Assembly: GCF_039654945.1 (NCBI RefSeq)
Contig: NW_027361738.1
Location: 74,586,001 to 74,650,000, forward strand
Length of the DNA stretch: 64,000 nucleotides
Direction: 5' to 3'
DNA from: Dendrobates tinctorius
Taxonomy: Eukaryota
The translations under genes were made by a program, and so were the position numbers. This document shows positions 25,636-36,954 of this stretch, in pieces (the stretch's first letter is position 1; each line of letters starts with the position of its first letter). Below the pieces are notes generated by a model. The model searched no databases. It saw only the letters and a list, made by a program, of their open reading frames with translations, and was not told the origin of the DNA.

Positions 25636-28600
25636 CCCCTTACCTACAATTGACGTAATATTCCGTCCATGTGACCATGGACCTAATTACCATGGACGGA
25701 ATATTACGTCATCGCGATCAGCGGCGCCCACGTGGTGAGCGCCGCTGATCGCGGCCGAGTGTCAGCTAATTATCATAGCTGACACCCGGCACAGTGTGTC
25801 AGGGGCGGTCATGGACCGCCCCCCGACACGTTAACCCCTTGCACACCGCGATCAAACGCAATCGCGGTGTACCGGGGGTTAAAGGGAAGCATCGGCAGGG
25901 AGGGGGCTCCCTCCGTGCTTCCCTGAGCCCCCCACGGCAGCGCAATGTGCAGCGCTGCTGCGGGGGGCTCCTTTCCTCCAGGCCCCCGAATCCAAGATGG
26001 CGACGGGGGCCTGAGGAAGCTGGCTTCCTCAGTGCCTGCAAAGCGCAGGCATGAGGAAGCCTTCAGCAGTGCCTGTGTCAGATCGCTGATCTGTCACAGT
26101 GATCTGTGATGTGACAGATCAGCGATCTGTCACAGGACAGTGATGTCCCACCTGGGACAAGGTAATAAAGTAAAAAAAAAAAAAAGTGTTAAAAATAATT
26201 AAAAAAAAAATCGCTAAATAAATTAGTAAAAAAAAAAAAAATATTCCCCAATAAATCCATTTTTTCAAAATAAAAAAAACCAAAAACAATAAAAGTACAC
26301 ATATTTGGTATCGCCGCGTCTGTAATGACCTGCCCTATAAAACTGTCCCATTAGTTAACCCCTTTAGCGAACCCCTTAAATAAAAATAAAAAACGAAGCA
26401 AAAAATAATGATTTATTATCATACCACTGAACAAAAAGTGCAATAACGCGCGATCAAAAAGACGCATATAAATATGCATGGTACCGCTGAAAACGTCACC
26501 TTGTCCCGCAAAAAACGAGCCGCCATACAGCATCATCTGCAAAAAAATAAAAAAGTTATAGCTCGCAGAATAAAGCGATACAAAAATAATTATTTTTTAT
26601 ATAAAATTGTTTTCATTGCAAAAAACCGACAAAACATAAAAAAACGACCTAAATGAGGTATCTCCGTAACCGTACTGACCCAAGGAATAAAAACGCGTTA
26701 TCAATTTTACCGCACGCGGAACTGTGTAAACGCACCCCCCCAAAAGAAATTCATGAAACGCTGGTTTTTGTTCATTCTGCGCCCCAAAAATCTGAATAAA
26801 AAGCGATCAAAAAATGTCACATGCCCGAAAATGGTACCAATAAAAACATCAACTCGTCCCGCAAAAAATAAGACCTCACCTCACAATACCGAAAAATTAT
26901 AGCTCACAATATGTGGTGATGCAAAAACTATTTTTACAATAAAAAGCGTCTTTTAGCGTGCGACAGCCGCCAAACATAAAAACCGCCATAAATCGTAAAT
27001 CAAACCCCCCGTTATCACCCCCTTAGTTAGGGAAAAATTATAAAACTAAAAGAAAATGTATTTATTTCCATTTTCCCGCTAGGGTTAGGGCTAGGGTTAG
27101 GGCTAGGGTTAGGGTTAGGGCTAGGGCTCAGATTAGGGTTAGGGGTGTGTTGAGGTTAGGGTTGGAGTTATAATTGGGGATTTCCACTGTTTGGGCACAT
27201 CAGGTGCTCTCCAAAGGCAACATGGCGTCTGATCTCAATTCCAGTCAATTCTGCGTTGAAAAAGTCAAATGGTGCTCCTTCCCTTCCAAGCTCTGCCATG
27301 TGCCCAAACAGTGTTTTACCCCCACATGTAGGGTATCAGCCTACTCAGGACAAATTACAAAACAACTTTTGGGGTCCAATTTCTCCTGTTACCCTTAGGA
27401 AAATAAAAAATTGGGGGCAAAAATATAATTTTGCGGAAAAAAATGTTTTTTTTATTTTCACGCCCAGGCGTTATAAACTTCTGTGAAGCACTTGGGGGTT
27501 CAAAGTGCTCTCCACACATCTAGATAAGCGCCGTGAGGGGGTCTAGTTTCCAAAATGGGGTCACTTGTGGGGAGTTTCAATAGTTTAGGTACATCAGGGG
27601 CTCTCCAAACGCACATGACACCCGCAGACCATTCCATCAAAGTCTGCATTCCAAAACGTCACTACTTCCCTTCCGAGCCCCGACGTGTGCCCATACAGTA
27701 GTTTTCTCCCACATATGAGGTATCAGCGTACTCAGGACAAATTGGACAACAACTTTTGGGGTCCAATTTCTCCTGTTACCCTTGGGAAAATAAAAAAATG
27801 GGGACTAAAAGATCATGTTTGTGGAAAAAATACGATTTTTTTATTTTCACGCCCGGACGTTATAAACTTCAGTGAAGCACTGGGGGGTTCAAAGTGCTCA
27901 CCACACATCTAGATAAGTTCCTTGGGGGGTCTAGTTTACAAAATGGTGTCATTTGTGGGGGGTTTCTACTGTTTTGGTACATCAGGGGCTTTCCTAACGC
28001 GACATGGTGTCCGATCTCAATTCCAGCCAAAAACGTCAAATGGCGCTGCTTCCCTTCCGAGCTCTGCCATGCGTCCAAATAGTGGTTTACACCCACATGT
28101 GGGGTATCAGCGCACTCAGGATAAATTGCACAATATCTTTTAGGGTCCGGTTACTTTTGGAAAAATAAGAATTGAGGGTGAAAAGATCATTTTTGTGGAA
28201 AAAATATGATTTTTTAATTGTACTGCTGTACGTTATAAACTTCTGTGAAGCCCTTGGGAGTTCAAAGTTCTCACCACATATCTAGATAAGTTCCTTGGGG
28301 GGTCTAGTTTCCAAAATGGGGTCACTTGGGGGGTTTCCACTGTTTAGGTACATCAGGGGCTCTCCAAACGCGACATGGCGTCCGATCTCAATTCCAGCCA
28401 ATTTTGCACTGAAAAAGTCAAACAGCGCTCCTTTCCTACTGAGGTCTGCCATGCGCCGAAACAGTGGTTCCCCCCCACATATCAGGTATCAGCGTACTCA
28501 GGACAAATTGCACAATAACTTTTGCAGTCCAATTTCTCCTGTTACCCTTGGTAAAATAAAGAAAATTGAACCTGAAGTATTTTTTTTGTGAAAAAAAGTT

Positions 28601-29205
28601 AAATGTTCATTTTTTTTTTTAATATTCAAAAAATTCCTGTGACGCACCTAAAGGGTTAATAAACTTCTTGAATGTGGTTTTAAGCACCTTAAGGGGTGCA
28701 GTTTTTAGAATGGTGTCACTTTTGGGTATTTTCTATCATATAGACCCCTCAAAGTGGCTTCAAATGTGAAGTGGTCCCTAAAAATAAAATGGTGTTGCAA
28801 AAATGAGAAATCGCTGGTCAATTTTTAACCCTTATAACTTCCTAACAAAAAAAAATTTTGGTTCCAAAATTGTGCTGATGTAAAGTAAACATGTGGGAAA
28901 TGTTATGTATTAAGTTTTTTGTGTGCCGTATCTCTGTGATTTAAGGGCATAAAAATTCAAAGTTGGAAAATTGCGAAATTTTCAAAATTTTCGCCAAATT
29001 TCCGTTTTTTTCACAAATAAACGCAAGTTTTTTGAATGCAATTTTACCACTACCATGAAGTACAATATGTCACGAGAAAACCGTGTCAGAATCACCGGGA
29101 TCCATGAAAGCGTTCCAGAGTTATGACCTCATAAAGATACAGTGGTCAGAATTGTAGAAATTGGCCCGGGAGTTAACGTGCAAACCACCCTTGGTACTGA
29201 AGGGG
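25636..29205. mobile_element. Non-autonomous piggyBac-like element (3.6 kb) with internal tandem repeats
   Basis: TTAA|CCCCTT...AAGGGG|TTAA; several ~380-bp internal repeats at about 27170-28700; no transposase ORF. Confidence 0.75.
27079..27165 (+). repeat. Interstitial telomere-like (TTAGGG/CTAGGG)n tract
   Basis: CTAGGGTTAGGGCTAGGGTTAGGGCTAGGGTTAGGGTTAGGGCTAGGG, then degenerate units. Confidence 0.85.
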
Positions 29206-29910
29206 TTAATGGTAGGCAAGATGTTTTTTTTTTTTGTTTTTTTTCAGAAATTCTGTGCCCTTTTTGGTGGAGTTGGAGTCAGTATAAAATGGACCAACTC
29301 CTCCTAAAGTATAAAATTAAATTGAGTTCAGTAGTACAATGCAGGATGTGCTGTAAATGTTATCATAATAATTTGGGAAAGTTTTGAAATGTCCTATAAA
29401 TATCTGTTCCTGATCTAAGGAACTATGCTTTTAGTTGAGCTAAATCTGTGCTGCACTTTATGGACATGCTCAGCAGTGACCAGTGCTGTGGAGTCGGGTG
29501 GCTTGGTTTACCGCCTCCACCGCTCTGCATCTAACTGCGCCCTTTGGGGAAAAAGAAAAGTTATGGGTCTTGAAAAAGTGGAAGGAAAAAGCGCAAAAGA
29601 GGAAATTGGGAGTGGTGGGAAGGAAGGAGTTAGGATTTATGAATGATGTCCTATAAGGGTTTTAGAGATGTAGGGAGGTTTTTACTCAACTTTAATCCTT
29701 TTTTTTTTTTTTTTGGGGGGGGAGTTAAGCCCTAAGGACTCTTTTTTCTGCTTGCATAACACCAGCGCCCCCTATCTGTATTGTCCGTACAGTACAACCA
29801 AAGAAGCTCCATAGGGATGTACTGTAAGCAGACATCTGGCTCTCCAGGAGCAACGTCATCCAGGAGTGGCGCTATAGAGTTATACAAATGATTACTTAAT
29901 GCCCTATGGT

Positions 29911-30570
29911 AAAGAGGAAAAAAGACGCGCACTCTTGCTACAGAGGTGCTGACTGAACGTGGAATTGTTCCACTGACCGTGATTCAGAGGATGAGCAGTC
30001 ACACTCAGAATCTCATAATTTGCAGAAAGTTTTATTTCAATCACAAAATATAATGATAATACTTCACCGCAGTAGAAAAGGCAAGATATTCCAGAAGTAT
30101 AAGGTAACGTTTCCACCATATCCCAGGTCTTTGTCAAACCTTACTGGAGAGAATAAGAAAGTATAAAGAAACTTGATAAAGATATTTACAAGAAAAAAAA
30201 GTACAAGAAAACATACACAAATAAATCTGATAGTGCTGTACAATTATATACAAATATATACAAGTTTGAAAAGACACAGGATCCTACGAAAATAAATCCA
30301 TGGACTCAAAGTCATAAGATGCAAAAGGCTTCATGGCATTGTGAATTATATGTTCTTGTAAATATCTTTATCAAGTTTCTTTATACTTTCTTATTCTCTC
30401 CAGTAAGGTTTGACAAAGACCTGGGATACGGTGGAAACGTTACCTTATACTTCTGGAATATCTTGCCTTTTCTACTGCGGTGAAGTATTATTATTTTTTG
30501 TGATTGAAATAAAACTTTTTCTGCAAATTACAGTCTATGAGATTCTGAGTGCAACTGTTTATCCTCTGGG
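29911..30570. mobile_element. Non-autonomous Penelope-type foldback insertion with two mirrored minimal hammerhead motifs
   Basis: 15-bp TSD TTAATGCCCTATGGT (29896, 30571); ~210-bp inverted arms (about 29985-30195 and 30352-30568); absent from the paralogous block near 12690. Confidence 0.7.
30404..30447 (+). ncRNA. Minimal hammerhead ribozyme-like motif, U3-A8 variant (mirror copy at 30100-30143 on -)
   Basis: TAAGGT-TTGACAA-A-GACC tgggatac GGTG-GAAA-CGT-T-ACCTTA: 6-bp stem I, palindromic stem III AACGTT, one mismatch at the base of stem II. Confidence 0.5.
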
Positions 30571-31245
30571 TTAATGCCCTATGGTTCGGACGTGGAAAAC
30601 GTCAGTCATTTTATTCCTATATGCCCCTTAAGGGCACAATAAATCCACCTTTTTCCAAGCCACTAATATATAACTTTTACTTTCTTAACTAAAAGTTACC
30701 CTAAGAAATCTATGGTGGAGACTTCTATATACAATTAAAATCTCAAGGAAGTGTATGAATGAATCAGAAAGCTATATAAATTCAATATGGATTATTATTA
30801 TAGCAAAGTAGTGTCCAACACTGGTGAGGGTGATGTGGATGATGCGGCATGTAGAAAGAAAGTGTACACTAAATTAAAAAAACTGCCCTAATTCTGTGAC
30901 TATTTCTATGCAGCTGTCACGCTCGGGTCGGGAGAGCCGCCGGCCAGTCTGAGCATTGCGTTGCCATCCTCGTCCAAGTTTGTGACACTTCCCTTTTTCA
31001 GAAGACCGTACGGAAGCTGGAAACAATAGGATCATTGAACTCAGGCTCTCAGTTGCCAAAGAAAACCACACACCCCTTGATAACATTGCTCTGGCTCCTA
31101 TGGAGCTTCTTCCTTTTCTTTAACTGCTTAGATGCCATATTTGCTTTTGGCCATGGCATCTAAAGGACAAACAACCAGAATTGGAGCTAGCGCTGACCTC
31201 TGGTGTTGCAGGAAAATATCACCTTGCTATTGATGTCGTTTAGAG

Positions 31246-31896
31246 CAGGGCTGTGGAGTCGGAGTCGTGGAGTCGGAGTCGGTGCTCATTTTGGTGGAGT
31301 TGGAGTCGGAGTTGGAGTCGGTATAAAATGGGCCGACTCCGACTCCTAAAATATATAATAAATTGGGTACAGTAATTCAATGCAGGATGTGCTGAATATT
31401 TTTTCATAGGAGTTTGGGAAAGTTATGAAATGTCCTATAAATGGCTGTTCTATTCCTGATCTAAGGCTACATTCACACACAGCGTTTTTCCTGTGTTTTT
31501 TGAGGTTACGTTTTTCAGCTGCAAAAGTTGATCATCTTTTTAAAAAACTGCATCACCTGAAAGGTTTTTGAGCTCATAGATAATGTTACTCAATAGCAAA
31601 AGCAGATTAGAAATCTGCTCTATCTATCCATTTATCCATATCTGTCTATCCATATCGTATCTGTACCAAAAAGAATGAAAACCGGGTAGTACACCAATAT
31701 ATATTCTGTTCTATCTAAATATCTTGATTATTGGATCATAAAAATGATTAAATGTCTGAGGTTCACATTGTACTACAATAAATTTTTCACTTAAATATAA
31801 GCAATATGTGTGGGAGTCGGAGTTGGAGTCGGAGTCGGTGTAAGGGAAATTGAGGAGTCGGAGTCGCAGGTTTGGTTTACCGACTCCACAGCCCTG
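31246..31896. mobile_element. hAT-like MITE (GGAGTC-repeat family)
   Basis: TIR CAGGGCTGTGGAGTCGG...CCGACTCCACAGCCCTG; 8-bp TSD GTTTAGAG/GTTTACAG; absent from the equivalent site upstream of RPP38 copy A. Confidence 0.85.
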
Positions 31897-32002
31897 GTTT
31901 ACAGTTTCCAGATGTTGGACAGGTCAGGAAATTTATAAAATATTCCTCTATTAATTAAAACATGTTCTTTTTTTTTTCCTTAGGGCAAAAAACAGCAACA
32001 AC

Positions 32003-32866
32003 ATGGCGGCCAAGACCCCCAAAGGGCCCATACGGAAATCAAAACCAATCGTGTCTAAGACGTCTCTAAACAGCCCATATGAGAAGATCTGGACCCCGGT
32101 GGTCGGAGAGGACATGCAGTTCATCCTGCAGACTTTACTGAAAAAGTTTGAGGAACTCGGACTAAAAAAGTTGGAGAACCATACAAGATCCTCAAATGGC
32201 AAAAAGGGTCAAAAAGGAAAACTTTCTGATGGAAACAAGGAGAAAGTCGCCGACAAAGAGATCCCGGAGGCGGAGGAGGCACAGAAGACAGGATGGACCT
32301 ATGCAGATCTCAGGAAACAGCTGGCCATAGGGATTAATGAGGTCACCCGGGCCTTGGAGAAGAATGACCTGGACATGGTGATCGTGTGTAAGTCCGCAAA
32401 GCCGGAGATGATCACAAGGCACATCATAGAGCTCAGCTACAGCCGGGAGGCCCCTGCCTGTCAGCTGCCGCGACTCAGCGAGAACGTGGCTCCAGCTCTC
32501 GGCCTGAAGTCTGTGTTGGCACTGGGCTTCCGAAAAAGCTCTGATGTATTTCAAGAGCAAGTGTTAGCAATAAAGGCACGAGTTCCCCCTCTACATGTCC
32601 CTTGGCTACCAACCGGATTTGGGCAAAATGAAGATGTCTGTGTTTCAGAGGCAAATTCAGAAGAGGAGAAAAGCGTTATTCCGACCCCTTCCAGAAAACG
32701 GAAATTCTCCCCCTCTGAGCGTCCGCCAGATGTGAAGCTGCAGGAACTAAAAGTTAAGAAGATCGTCCCAAACCCGAAAAAGAAGCGTAAAGTTAAAGTA
32801 AAGAAATCGCTTGTGAAAAAAATTACAAAAACTCTTCCTGGTTCCATAAAAAAAGAGAAAAAATAA
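32003..32866 (+). CDS. RPP38: Ribonuclease P/MRP subunit p38, copy B (287 aa, intact Lys-rich tail)
   Basis: Paralogue of 15485-16306; keeps VPWL and KKIVPNPKKKRK; acceptor ttcttag at 31983; AATAAA at 32862 and 32984. Confidence 0.92.
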   Translation: MAAKTPKGPIRKSKPIVSKTSLNSPYEKIWTPVVGEDMQFILQTLLKKFEELGLKKLENHTRSSNGKKGQKGKLSDGNKEKVADKEIPEAEEAQKTGWTYADLRKQLAIGINEVTRALEKNDLDMVIVCKSAKPEMITRHIIELSYSREAPACQLPRLSENVAPALGLKSVLALGFRKSSDVFQEQVLAIKARVPPLHVPWLPTGFGQNEDVCVSEANSEEEKSVIPTPSRKRKFSPSERPPDVKLQELKVKKIVPNPKKKRKVKVKKSLVKKITKTLPGSIKKEKK

Positions 32867-33264
32867 AATGTTTCTTTATTTTTTTTAACCTGCGACTGCA
32901 GTGGTTTTTTTTTTTTTGTTTTTTTTAATGAATTTCCAGGGATTGGAACAAAAACTGTTGTGTTTCCGTGTGTCGGGGTGTATAATAAAACTGCTACAAA
33001 TGTTTTCCAAGGTGTTACCTTTTCTTCCCTCATTGCCATCTGTATTAATTCAATAAGAACCCCCCCCCCCCAAAAAAAAAAAAAAAAATTATTTCTGCCC
33101 TCAATTATTGACGGCCTTCATATTGGAACACGGAATCCCCAGATATCCTTTTCAAAGGGCTGTATTAAAACTTGGGTATTCTTATCTAGATGGCATATCG
33201 GTACGATATGATCAATTGTGTCTTACCTCTGGGACACCCACCGATCCTGGTCACGCACAAGGAA

Positions 33265-33690
33265 CTGTAGGAGGTGAGCTGTGACAGCACCTATTGTGGC
33301 TCCTGTGTGTCATCTCCTATATATAGATCTGTCTTCAGTCATTGTACAGGAGGAGTAGGAGGTGAGCTGTGATATCGCCTATTGGGAATGGTGGCTCCTG
33401 TATTATCTGCTGTATATAGAGGTGTTATCAGTCATTGTACAGGAGAAGGAGGCGAGCTGTGATATCACCTATTGTGGCTCGTGTGTTTACTGTATATAGA
33501 TCTGTCTTCAGTCATTGTACAGGAGGAGGAGGCGAGCTGTGATATCACCTATTGTGGCTCTTGTGTGTTTACTGTATATAGATCTGTCTTCTGTCATTGT
33601 ACAGGAGGAGGAGGTGGTGAGCTGTGATATCACCTATTGGGAATGGTGGCTCCTGTGTTATCTGCTGTATATAGAGGTGATATCATATTG
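33265..33690. repeat. Tandem repeat of about five 80-90 bp units
   Basis: Repeated AGGAGGnGAGCTGTGATATCACCTATTG...TATATAGA...CAGTCATTGTAC. Confidence 0.75.
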
Positions 33691-33870
33691 TAATTCTGTC
33701 TGTGAAGATGATGAGACCGTTGAAAAGTTATATGTATCAAACAGGCAGTACAAGTCGAATATAAGGCTGAGTTATGTGGCCAATGTTAAAATTGTAAAAT
33801 TTATTATTTTCTTAATTTTATACCGATCGTGATATGGAAAAACTAAATTTAATATAAAAACCTGATTTAA

Positions 33871-34241
33871 CCCCTTCATGCCACAGTTTGTTTTTGCATT
33901 TGTTTTTCGCTCCCCTTGTTCCGTCAACTTTCTTTTTTTTTCCATCAATAAGTACTTTTGAACGACACCATTAGTTTTACCATGTCGTGTACTTGAAAAC
34001 AGGAAAAAAAATTTTTTCCAAGTGCTGTGAAATTGCAAAAAAAAGTGCAAATCCACAACTTTTTTTTTTTTTTAACCATGTTCACCAAATGCTTAAACTG
34101 ACCTGTCATTATGATTCTCCAGGTCCTTATGAGTTCGTAAACACCAAATATGTCTAGGTTCTTTTTTTTATTTAAATTGTAAAAAAAAAAAAAAAAATAG
34201 CCAACATTTGTTAAAATAAAAAATTGCGTCATTTTCCAATA
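33871..34241. mobile_element. Left part of a piggyBac-like non-autonomous element, split by the Penelope insertion (resumes at 40449)
   Basis: TTAA|CCCCTT start; colinear with the related element at 47376-48579 on both sides of the insertion. Confidence 0.65.
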
Positions 34242-34344
34242 TAGAAAAAGGAAAAGTCCAGTTGATAAAAAAAAAAAAAAATAAAGGCGATTTATTGAAA
34301 AAATTCAAGTTAAGATCAGCATCCCGCAGTCAATTAGCGGTAAC

Positions 34345-34390
34345 GCAGCTACGCTTTTCGGACACTGAGTGTGTTCTTTGTCAGAGCTGC
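34345..34390 (-). ncRNA. Degenerate Penelope terminal-repeat hammerhead motif
   Basis: GCAGCT-CTGACAA-AGAACAC actca GTGTCC-GAAA-AGCGT-AGCTGC; the inverted copy keeps AAACGCGTAGCTGC at ~40273. Confidence 0.45.
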
Positions 34391-36954
34391 ACATTGACAT
34401 TTAGAAGAACGATTTACACACATTCCGTAAGAAAACCGCTCCCCGTCATGAATCACACAATTAAAATAACAATTGTTGTGCACCTGAACAATCAATTAAA
34501 AACATAACCTGTTTTCTTGCATCACTTAACAAAAAAAAGCCCAAAAAACATGCAATTATAACAGAGAATCAATAATGAAATAATAGCTCTCTCTGAAGAT
34601 TAAGTCCACAAGGATGGCAGGTGTCCGAATATCCAGAAAGCCTCACGATCGCGCCGATATTTACGGATGTCACCTCCTCTTGCTGATGAAACAGTTTTTT
34701 TTCTATTGCAAAAACTTGGAGAGATGCAGCGCTGCGCTCATGGCATTGTATGAAATGTTTAGAAGCCTGTGACATTGTGCGAGAAGAATGAGAGATGTTA
34801 CCAATATCGTTTAAATATTCTGAAATACGTTTCTGCATATTATGAATGGTACATCCAACATACACTTTATTACATATGGAACAATTATGGATACCACATA
34901 TTGACTATTACAATTCATAACTTGTTTTATACTAAATTGTTCAGAGGAATTTGAGTTAGAAAAATTCTTAGTAGTTGTCACAAATTTGCATATTCTGCAG
35001 CGGCTTTCACCACATTAAAAAAAAAACAAAAAACCTTTGCAATCAAGCCATGTAGAGCTGTCATTTTTTCTCCTATTATTTGGAGCTGGTAGGAGACTCC
35101 CTAATGTTCTGGCTCTTTTTGCTACTACTGCACAACCCGGTTGTAAAATTTTGGATAATATCCTATCTTCCTCCAAAAGGGGTAAATATTTAAGTACAAT
35201 TTTTTTTTTAATATTACAGAATTGTGGACTATATTGTAAAGATAGTACGGGCTTAGTTTGCCATTTTCTTTTCTTTTTTTTTGGCTGCATCCTCCACTAA
35301 AAGTTCAAAACGATCCTTTTTCTCTCCTATATTTTTTGCTCTATGTAGCATCCAATTTGAATAGCCCCGATTAGAGAGTTTTTTTTTTTTTCCCACTTTC
35401 TTCCAATTGCCCCTTTAATTTTACTTCATCTTTGCAATTCCGTTTTATACGTCTGAATTCCCCTACAGGGATCGACCTGATCGTGTGCTTGGGGTGACCG
35501 CTGCGTGCATGCAGTATGCTGTTGCCTGACACATTGGGGTAGAAAAGGTAGAAGTCATCATAACATTACCTTTGCCCTCCAAAAAAAAAATCTAAAAAAA
35601 AGAAATAAAAGATGGATGAGTGCTGGATGTAAAAGAAAGACCAAATGTATTATTGTTAATGTAGTTTACACAGTCAGGTCCAGTAGCAATATCACCCCTC
35701 CAAACAGAAGATCATCAATAAATCTGGCATACCACTGTATATTGGAAATGAATGGATTAGAGCTTGTATATAAATAACTTAATTCCCAATAGGACATTAC
35801 TAGATTTGCTACTGATGGAGAAAATTTTGCCCCCATTGAGACGCCCCTGCATTGTAAATAAAATTGGTTGTCAAAAATGAAAAAAATTGTGTCTCATCAG
35901 AAAAAAACCCAAATCCAATATGTAATTACATAAATCTGCTGAGTAATTACTGTAACGGGACAAATGAAGTTATAATGCCTCCAAGGCAACCTCATGGGGA
36001 ATGCAAGTGTACAAGGCCACTACATCACAACTGACCCAGGAATAATTGGAATTCCAGGACAGCTGTTGTAGAACATCACGGGAATCTGTCAAAAAAACGC
36101 ACGCTCTTTGTACTAATGGTTGCAGCATGTGGTCGAGCCGATCTCCTGCACGTTCGGTTACTGAACCGATCCCGGAGATGACTGGTCTCATGGGAGGGGG
36201 AAAAGATCACTTTGAGTTTTTGGTAAACCATAAATATATGAAATTGTAGGTTGATCAAGAGTCATATATAATTTTTGTTGCTGGGTTAAAACCTCCAAAA
36301 CGAAACCTTCATTGATAATGGAATGGGTTTCTTTCATATACATATCAGATTCCCTGTTCACTTGGTGTAAATGGATGAATCGGATAATAGCGCATACATT
36401 TGGAAGTTATGCATGTTCAAATCCATAACAACAACTAGTCCCCCCCCCCCCCTTATCAGACATTTTAATAATGACATTGTCTAGGGATCTAAGCTGTTTT
36501 TAAAGCCATGGATTCAGCATGATTAAGGTTAAATTTCTTAGAATTAAATTGCAAAGACGCATGCAATTTTTTCAGATCTCGCTGAACGGCTTCTTGAAAT
36601 TGATCCATCAGGTCCGATCTGGACTGAACAGGATAAAAAGTGGGATTTTTTTTTTGTTTGAAATTTAGGCATGTTTTCCAATAAAATTTGTGCACCCCCC
36701 CCCCCCCCTTCTCTTTCACCTAAATCCTGTAGATTCAATAAGGTCAACTGTTCATCAAAATCAAGAGACCTGTATTCATTGATGCCAAATGTAAAAATGT
36801 CATCTTCAATATCATTGTCATAATCAGAAAAAAAAAATGTATTTTTACCGTAAGATTTCGTACAAAACTGTTAACATCCAATAATGTCCCAAATAGATCA
36901 AAAGTTTTGGCTGGTACAAAATGAAGTCCAGAACTGAGCACACGTAACTGCATA

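Noticed and set aside
27079-27165. True telomere or chromosome fusion site
   Set aside because: Short, degenerate, single orientation and internal to a TTAA-flanked element
15485-32866. RPP38 duplication as an uncollapsed haplotype
   Set aside because: The flanks are strongly diverged and carry several copy-specific insertions with TSDs, so this is unlikely, though long reads would settle it
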